Assembly: GCA_946965045.2 (NCBI GenBank)
Contig: OX337233.1
Coordinates: 682,001 to 746,000 of the forward strand
Reading direction: 5' to 3'
Origin: Epithemia pelagica
Taxonomy: Eukaryota; Protista; Bacillariophyta
Length of the DNA stretch: 64,000 nucleotides
Below are positions 56,227 through 64,000 of the stretch, one piece after another. Each line of letters begins with the position of its first letter. Position 1 is the first letter of the stretch. The notes beneath the pieces were generated by a model that searched no databases, was not told the DNA's origin, and worked only from the letters and a program-made list of their open reading frames with translations. A program made the translations under genes and the position numbers.

Positions 56227-56853
56227 ATGGCATTACAATTCCATCACAACAGTAAGGATCCTGACACGGCCGACGATCAAACCACTACCAACGATTCAGT
56301 TTCGGCCAGACACACTTGACAACAACAACAGCAACGGCCTCTGGAACATGGTGTGTCGGATCCGAGTAATGGCTTCTTGTCGATGTCATTGTCATCACAC
56401 GGTGGAGATGAAAGTTCAACCACCGCAACCGAGAGGGGCAGTTTGCACGAATCCGACCCCCCCCCCCCCCAAAAAAAAACACCAACACGATTGCGGCACG
56501 ATTTCTACGAGTGCCTCCTTGCCCTTGTCGTTCTCTGGATGGGGCGTGGCACCCTTTGTATTGGCACGCACCAAAAGTGCTCGACTCAAACTGCAACGAC
56601 AACAAAAAGAACAGCTGCAGCAGCGGCAACCAAACAAAGAAGGTCCACAGCACCAGGACGATGATGGCGTTCCCCAACAGTCGCGGAGAAAGGTAGGGTT
56701 GTGGACTGCCTCGTGACGATGACCAAAGTTGGACCGTGAATGCTACAATCAATTAATCGAGCATCAGCAGTTCCGTTCCATCCTATTCGTCCCTTTCCTA
56801 CACCTCCTCGTACACGACATCTCATAATAGTACACGAATGACACGACGGCGCT

Positions 56854-57569
56854 ATGTCAATGCCCCCACCACACTCCACGACGACAACGAGACGGTTGCG
56901 ATCAAAACATGCAGGACCCGTGGAGGAATCACTGGCCGACAACAACGAGAGCATGACCGAGTCGCCCACAGCGCCAGCACCAACCCATAGTAAAAGACTG
57001 TCAACGAATACAACCAATGGTGGAGTGGGGGCCAGTGTCTACAATTTGCAAGACGATGGTCAACTACAACTCTTGGCGGACGAAGTATCCTTTTTGTGTG
57101 AGGGATTCTGGGAAAATATTGAATCAGGATCCATCCTAGAATTGGCCTGGCTCTTGAGTCTGGAACGCAACCGGAAACTGTTGTGTAAGTCAAACCATGT
57201 GGAGGCGTGTGCTGGTGCTGCTGCCACCTTCAAGCTATTTTGGATTTGATGGGGCAATTGCCTGTAACTCTCCTTCACCAACAACAGCAACAAGAACCAT
57301 CCCTTCTCACCAATACGCCGGAGGATGCCTTGCTTCCCCTGTCTTGTGAAACGACACCAGATGGAGTACCGAATCGAAATGACTCCGAATGCAACAATTA
57401 TACGAGGCACATCGGAAACAAGCGGCGACACCGACAACAACAACAACACCATACTCAACAATCCACTCCTCGTTTCGGCCGAACGAAACAACATCAACAC
57501 CAACACCACACTCAACAATTGACAACCAGACGCAAGCTATCCAAAAGAGCAGCATACCAGCGACAATAG
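56854..57569 (+). pseudogene. WAPL-like domain fragment
   Basis: YNLQDDGQLQLLADEVSFLCEG...SILELAWLL...RKLL, continuing after a one-base shift as LQAILDL, resembles the start of the WAPL domain. The rest of the domain is not evident. Confidence 0.4.
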
Positions 57570-58693
57570 CACCCAAAACAACAATCCACTCCTAGTTTCG
57601 GCCGAACGACAACAACACCCAACGCAACCCAAACGCAACAATCAAAAGCTGACAACAAGAGATGAGGATGGAGGAATGACAGATCCATGGACCAACCAAC
57701 GCAGCAATCAACCTCTTTGACGAGCAGCGACAACCACAACTAGCAACGACAAGGAGGAGCAACAAGACCAAGAGAAATGACTATACGAGTACGATGATGC
57801 ACAAACAAACTACTAGTCTAGACTTCCTACTGTGAAAGCGAGCAGCGCATATGGAAACCAACCCCCCACAACGATAGCCTCAACCGACGATCCTCCCAAA
57901 GCAGCAGTAAAGCAAAATGGAGAAGGAAAGCAACAATCAACTACGGTCAACTAGACAGAATAAGATGAGAAAGACATGTAATAATCAAACCAGTTCCCTT
58001 TCTGATTCCACTTTCCCGTCTGGTTCAAAATTCTCCCTCTCTTGCACGCATGTGGCCATAAGTACCATGAACATCAGCAAACCAGTCCTCGTTTGGGGGT
58101 ATATCTTGGGTAATTTTTGGATCCGAGTGGCGAAAAAGGGAAACTATCATCACGATCATCATGTTCGTCCAGTTCCTGTTCCATCCTCATTGTCAGTTTT
58201 TGAACAACAACACGGGTTTATGAAATGAAGGTCTCTTACTTAAAAAAACCGTTGGAAGCAGACAAATGCAGCGGAATGTCTGCTTAGTGATAAGAGTTTC
58301 ATGTTCATTTCAGGCCCGCCAAGCATCCACCAGAAACACGTCTCTTTAATTCACTCGTACTCCTAAATAATAGACCTATGGCCGCTACCCATCATGTAGA
58401 GAAAACTACTGCTCCTGAATACGGATACTGAACTCAGCCGTCCTTTACCGCCTTGGCGGTTTCAATTTTACCGTAGACACCCTCGTAGCGAAAATAGACC
58501 CCCGGGCCCCGAGAGAGCAAAACGGCCCCTGATGAGTGATGAGGGGGTATATTATGGGGTGTGTGGACCATATATGCGATATGGGCGCGATCCGTTCACT
58601 GATAAACTTCATAATTGTTGTGTCGGTCGCGTATGTCCTGCGGGACTGCCACGGCAGCTGAAATAGACTATCACTTTTAAGCACAACAACACC

Positions 58694-60462
58694 ATGACGT
58701 CCAAGAAGCAAATCACTGTTGATGACGAGCATTTGATCCTCGCCAGCCACCAGGAATATGAGGACTATTTACAAGATGGGGGCGTGAAATTCCTAAAAGA
58801 TAGTAATGGGAGAAGAATAGGTCGCTTTGAATCCCTCATACCCGGCGGCTCCTACAGGCTGGGTCCGCCTGTCCAGGCGGCACTGGCACCAGTGAGTTTG
58901 AATTTGTGATTGTGTATCTGTATTCGATTTTGAGATTCTAGTCTTTTTGCCATTTCATCAATTATCTGGACAAGCCGGTATGGAGAAGGGATGGTCCGTA
59001 TGTCGATGTCATGACACATTTGTTTTTCTAAACATAGTTTGTTGTGTATACCACGGTACCTAAAAATCAATCCTCCGCCTCTGGTTTCGCCGCGCGTCAG
59101 CTGGACCAAGTCAACATCCGATCTGCGGAAATACTGGATGCTTGGTGTCAAAATATCCCGCCTGTTCCTGGAATCGACGATCTGGCGCGTGTCGTGCAGG
59201 CACCATTACCTAGGGCATTGCCCTCCATACACCCAGTCCCTATGACCGACCGTCCGATAGATGACGTTATTTCATCATGTTCGGCGCTAGAGGATTCTGT
59301 ACTTATTCCTGAGCTTGGTTTTATCAGAGATGCTGTCCATTCTCTCCAAAAATATGGTGAAAATGAAGACAGCGTGCACATTCTGATTGATAGCCTCGTC
59401 TTAAGGATAATGTCTACCATCGGCAACAATGCAAGGTGCTCTTTCAGAGTGAATCGAAACAGAGCTGACTACAGTGGTACTACAGTATCCAAGTTGCTGC
59501 CAGACGTGCTTGTCTGGTTGCCCTCGGGCGTCTTGGCTTTCAAGGGAGAGGACAAGGCGACCCCAGGCGAGATACAGGCGGCCAGAGATGAGCTCGGGAC
59601 AAAACTAAGTTGTTTTTCTGACGCCTATTTCGGAGGTGTGCCATATCTGATCTGTTATGCTTGTGGGGGATACATGCTGGAATTCTGGGTCATCAATCGG
59701 GCCGGCAGAAAACTTATTTCTATATCACCGCAGGTGGATCTGTCCACGATTGGGGGGAGAAGCCTCTGCGTAAGGTACGCCGTGAATATCTCGCGAGTTT
59801 TGCTGTCCTTGCAGAAGACGTATCCCGAGAGAACTATGATACAACTTGGAGACCGAATTAAGACGCAGTACAGCGAGGTAAACATTCTTGGTTTCTTTGT
59901 GGTGAAGAAAACTTGTCACTTTACTAATGACGTTGTCCTGGAAGAAGTGTACGGACAAATTCAAACAATGCAGGTGCCTAGTTTGATATCAATCGAGAAG
60001 TGGAAATTTTCCAGGGGAGTCTTGACGTTGCAGACTAGTCCTGTTGGATTTTGTGGCAAATCGCCTGGAAATGTTGCAGAGTTAAAGACTGCTGGACGCC
60101 AAGTCCTTTCAGCCCTTCGTTGGCTCCACGAACATGGATGGGTCCATAGAGACATTCGACCCGCCAACATGATGTTTGCGGACGGTAGATGGTACTTGAT
60201 GGACCTAGAATGGGCAAACAGGGTTGATTTAGATTTGGAAAACTACAACCCCAACGGGTATTTTCTTCCACCAGAGCTTGATGTATTCGAATCAGGGAGG
60301 TCTTGGACGAAAGCATGTGATATGTGGCAATTTGGAAAGGTAGTTGAGCAGTGGAACCAGCTGGACAATGATGGCCATCGTTACGTACAGACACAAACGC
60401 ATGACGATCCAGCGAAGCGCCTGTCTGCAGAAGAATCTCTGGGTCACGATTTTTTTCGCTGA
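58694..60462 (+). CDS. Crinkler-like effector: header exon (58694-58891), intron, REase + protein kinase exon (59038-60462)
   Basis: LLPDVLV...FKGEDK REase motif; kinase HRDIRPAN, LMDLEWA, DMWQFG. Phase-0 GTGAGT...CATAG intron. Confidence 0.85.
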
Positions 60463-60735
60463 GTGTTGGATGAGCATGGCGATCAATTTGAGTGATACTT
60501 AGATGTTTTGTATCGTCGATGTCTTCCCTTAAGCTGAGGTTCAAAAAGGAGCACCGTTCATCGATGGTCGTCACGGGTGGCACGCCTAGATATTCCTCCC
60601 ATAACACCATAATATGTTCACATAATGAGAGTCTTACCTCATTGTTATTCAAAAGACAAAGATTCTCCAAAGCTGGTTTGCGTAGTTTTGGTCTTGGCCT
60701 TCAACAAGAAACAAATCAACTAGGACGATTGCTGA

Positions 60736-62473
60736 CTAGGATCTCGTTGCTGTTGGCGACCTTCCGTACTCCAACACCTTACCTTGCTGTTCATCGTAAG
60801 CGAACAAAATACCCGAAGCCAAGTCGTCAGAAACAAAGAAAAGTGCGTGGTATCGTTTTCGAGTAGGCGTAAGTCTTTCAAAGTAGTTTTCCACGACCTT
60901 AATTCGGTCATTGTCCGGCGTCTCCAGTAATGTAGGCGTATTGGCCCATGGCTTGATATCTACCACCAAGTATGTTCCACTTAGAGCGAGAGAACGATAT
61001 GGTGTCATTTCGAAGAACAAAATCTACTTGGTTTGTCGTTTCTGCAACGAACTCTTTGCAAAACACAAGGTTTCTTGGAATGAACTCCCCGATAGCTCCG
61101 TAAAACTCTGTCTGCCATACATTTTTTATGGGAAAGCCAGGGTATGATGAAGAGCCAGACATTCGAAGTTGATGCCATGAAATTTCTTCCAAGCCTTTCT
61201 TGGCTAGATCGAGTTCGCAAGGAAGAGTATTAATGCTGTCCCTGAACAACTCTTCACTCGGATATGCGCAATGAAAAATGTCGCGGAAGTATCTCCGACG
61301 AATGTAGTCGCACGACCACGACCCGTCAGATTTGAGCAAACCATACGGGACAAGTCTTCCCTTCTCTTCCAAACTGGCTTTTCCCTCCCACAATCGCTTC
61401 ATCAGCATCGATAAGTTCGTGTCCAAAGCCGGGACGAAACGTGCCGAGCCTTGGTCTTCCATTGTAGCTGCAGAGTAGAAGGCATTAAAGATTGTTGCTT
61501 GTGACCTGATTTTCCTCATTTCAGACCACCTTTTCAATAGTGGGGGGATCAAGATATGATAGCGGCCATAAACGTCGCCAAACCAAGATTGCATGATCTT
61601 TCTATGCTCCTGTTCAACACCGAGTCTTTCGAGAAGATCTTCGATTTCACTTTCAAGCAGATTGCTTGTCTCTTTGTACTGAAAGCTGACAGGAGTTTGG
61701 GCATTGATTTGCGCCACAGAAAATGTCGCTGCAGCGACAAGTATACGGTGTGAACCCTTGAACAGCAAGCAAAAATCCTTGAAATTGTACCAGTCATGCG
61801 CGTCGTCGAGCAAAACGACACAACTCGGAACGGAGGCCAACGCGCTCACCACATCATCACGTCGAGTCATGTGCTCGCCAGTCCGCACGTAGAAAACTGG
61901 CGTCCCTTTGTAGCGCGCTTGAAGTTCAGTGTAAAGCTTGCCCAGGATGGAAGTCTTCCCTGAAGCAGGTGGGCCGTAGAGCAGGATTCGTGACACTGCT
62001 TCATCTGCGAGGACGCCCTCAATCATGGTTGGCAATTTTTTTAGGATGGTACTTGCAGGTATTCGGTCGTGGAATCTGGCGGGTTCGACACCATTCCTTG
62101 CACCATGAGAATAGACTAGACGTTCCAAAACCTTTTGTAGCTCTTGGGCGACTGTCTGTAGTCAGTGGATAGGACACAATTCATTGTGAGAACATTGCTG
62201 CCTTATATTCCGATACAAATCGAAGACAGATACAAAATCACAAATTCAAACTTACCGGTGATGTTTGAACTTGAATACGATAGCGTGTCTGCCTTATTGT
62301 CAGGATACCGCCATTGTAATGGAGAAGGCTTCCGAAAGTATGTACGAGCGGCTCAGCTCCGAACGAATCACAAACCGAAAAAAAATAGGGAGCAGTTGCG
62401 TAAATGGTTTCGTAAAGCGCGGTCGTTCGTTGCGCTCCACTTTCGCCCCATTTGAGGGTCACAGACTTTTCAT
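60736..62473 (-). pseudogene. Crinkler-like NTPase + REase gene: header exon, intron 62255-62156, internal deletion near 61000
   Basis: Walker A LYGPPASGKT, Walker B VLLDDAH, QVDFVLRN; the C-terminus YLVVDIKPW continues in another frame. The start at ATG 62473 needs one extra A. Confidence 0.75.
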
Positions 62474-62521
62474 CGCCGTCAGTGGAGAGGGAACAATGTA
62501 GGCCTTGTTCCTCTAAATACA

Positions 62522-63109
62522 GTGATAAATGATGCTACCCAACTTGAGCTTGCAACCTTTTTGCAAACCAAAAATGACACGGATTTTGTATTTTCAAGTG
62601 ACTCCCTCCGATACACTTTGAATGCCTTTTCCCCAGGAGACCCCATCCTGTCTAATTTTGGCTATCGCATAGTCCTAGTCGACTTTTCGATTTCCGTAAC
62701 GATACCAACGTCGTGGACACAAACTGAGGTGGAGCAATCACAACAGACTTTCGTGACGCAAACGCGCGAATTTTTGGAACAATTCTGGTCCGTGAATCAT
62801 GTGGAAATGCGTTCTCTCATTTTCACGTACAGCGTATTTGGAGAACCCTGTATTCCACCCAATAACAATAAGAAGGAGACCGTGTACTTTTCCTTTGCCA
62901 GTGCTTTGAAGGTGGACGCGGAGGCTCTTCAAGCCTATGAGGATCCAGTCGTTTTGTTCGAAGCGCTTCGTCAGACGTTTGAGGACCTTGACACTGTCTA
63001 CCTAGCCGACTATATCCGAATGACTGGAGGTCCGTTTTCCGAGACGGATCAATTTCTGTTTGGTACAAGTGGATCCTCACTACTCGATGATTGTATCGTC
63101 ATTTGCTAA
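62522..63109 (+). CDS. Hypothetical protein fragment
   Basis: 195-aa ORF with globular composition and no recognised motif; appears N-terminally incomplete. Confidence 0.35.
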   Translation: MINDATQLELATFLQTKNDTDFVFSSDSLRYTLNAFSPGDPILSNFGYRIVLVDFSISVTIPTSWTQTEVEQSQQTFVTQTREFLEQFWSVNHVEMRSLIFTYSVFGEPCIPPNNNKKETVYFSFASALKVDAEALQAYEDPVVLFEALRQTFEDLDTVYLADYIRMTGGPFSETDQFLFGTSGSSLLDDCIVIC

Positions 63110-63399
63110 AGTGCACACACCAGAAGGAGAAAGGATCACCGCTCATTGAAAAGAGATCCATGCATAGATCCATGGTGAATCTTTATGGAGAAACGGCAAG
63201 TCAATCCTGGTTTTTTCATGCAAAGTACAGTTTCCGCCGGTGGAGTCCATGATCTGAGCAACAACGGTAGGCATGGACAATGGTCAAGTATCCTATCGTG
63301 GTTCTGTCTCATTGAATGATATGGAGGAGGAGTCAGACGAGGAACACTAGACCCCAATGGTTGGAAAATGGATGAGGATCTGATCAAGGCCTTGGCAAC

Positions 63400-64000
63400 A
63401 AACAACGCGGTACCATTCGCGGAGGACATGTATTTCCAGCACCAAGAAGATTCTTGCCTTGTCACCCGCATGTGTTGCGTGTCTTATTATCTCTGTAGTA
63501 GATTCTCATCCACCTTGTCCAGAAATCACACTTCCAAAGGTAATCGGATCTTCGTAGAATGGATAATGTCCCCAGTCCACCGATTCATAAACTTGAAGGT
63601 GATGCGACAGCAGCGGAGACCAGACCTCCTTGTTGGAAGTGGGGTAACCAAAGTCACGCCATCCCGACAAGAGAAGGACGGGCGGCGGAACTGGAATCAT
63701 GGTGGAAGAGGAGGAGGAAGAGTCCACTGCTGGTGGAGGTGAAACAAGGGGTTGTGCCACATAGTCCCCGACAGCATCCATGCCGCCCCAAAATGTTCCC
63801 GTGTTGCGCAGAGCATCTTGGAGGGCCGGCGGAATACCCGTACGAGAACAATGGTTCCGCCAAAACTGGTCCTCCGAACCCGCTTCACGAGCCAGACGGT
63901 CATAATTGTCGTTGGCCACCGCCATGTTGGCGATTGCATTGCACAAGACCACCGAACGACACTTCGTCGTCTTGGCACTATGTCGTGTTGTGGAGTGTCG
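63400..64000 (-). CDS. C-terminal part of an alpha/beta-hydrolase; gene extends beyond the window
   Basis: PVLLLSGWRDF (acid residue) and WGHYPFYEDP (catalytic His) motifs. Confidence 0.6.

Noticed and set aside
58525-58545. CTGATGAG upstream of the CR kinase gene as a hammerhead core
   Set aside because: No stem II followed by GAAA.
1-64000. tRNA, rRNA, telomeric repeats and CRISPR arrays
   Set aside because: No cloverleaf with T-loop context, rRNA signature, telomere tract or repeat-spacer array was seen by eye.

Overview
Eukaryotic genomic DNA, probably from a pennate diatom or related stramenopile. This is inferred from GT-AG introns, (ACA)n-rich low-complexity ORFs and gene families I associate with diatoms. 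No rRNA, tRNA or CRISPR array was seen. The window is a repeat-rich accessory region with five main parts. (1) The right part of a hAT DNA transposon (DDE transposase, CAGGG-type end at 5205) carries a convergent endonuclease III-like DNA glycosylase as cargo. (2) About eight Crinkler/CR-effector-like genes (REase+kinase, NTPase+REase, HNH) are present; several REase-kinases sit head-to-head with a BspA-LRR/ankyrin gene in a duplicated and inverted unit, and two CR genes share a nearly identical intron 5' end at the header/toxin junction. (3) A spliced cold-shock-domain gene runs in frame into a CR-like HNH gene. (4) An 87-bp perfect fold-back matches the neighbouring sulfotransferase gene. 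(5) Three catalase-like secreted-protein paralogs are interspersed with nested Harbinger-type MITEs and a 5'-truncated Penelope-like element. ArfGAP, CAP/SCP, alpha/beta-hydrolase, WAPL-like and RVxF-motif genes are also present. Many frameshifts are single-base losses in homopolymer runs, so several 'pseudogene' calls may be assembly errors. All domain calls come from motif recognition by eye, not database searches.
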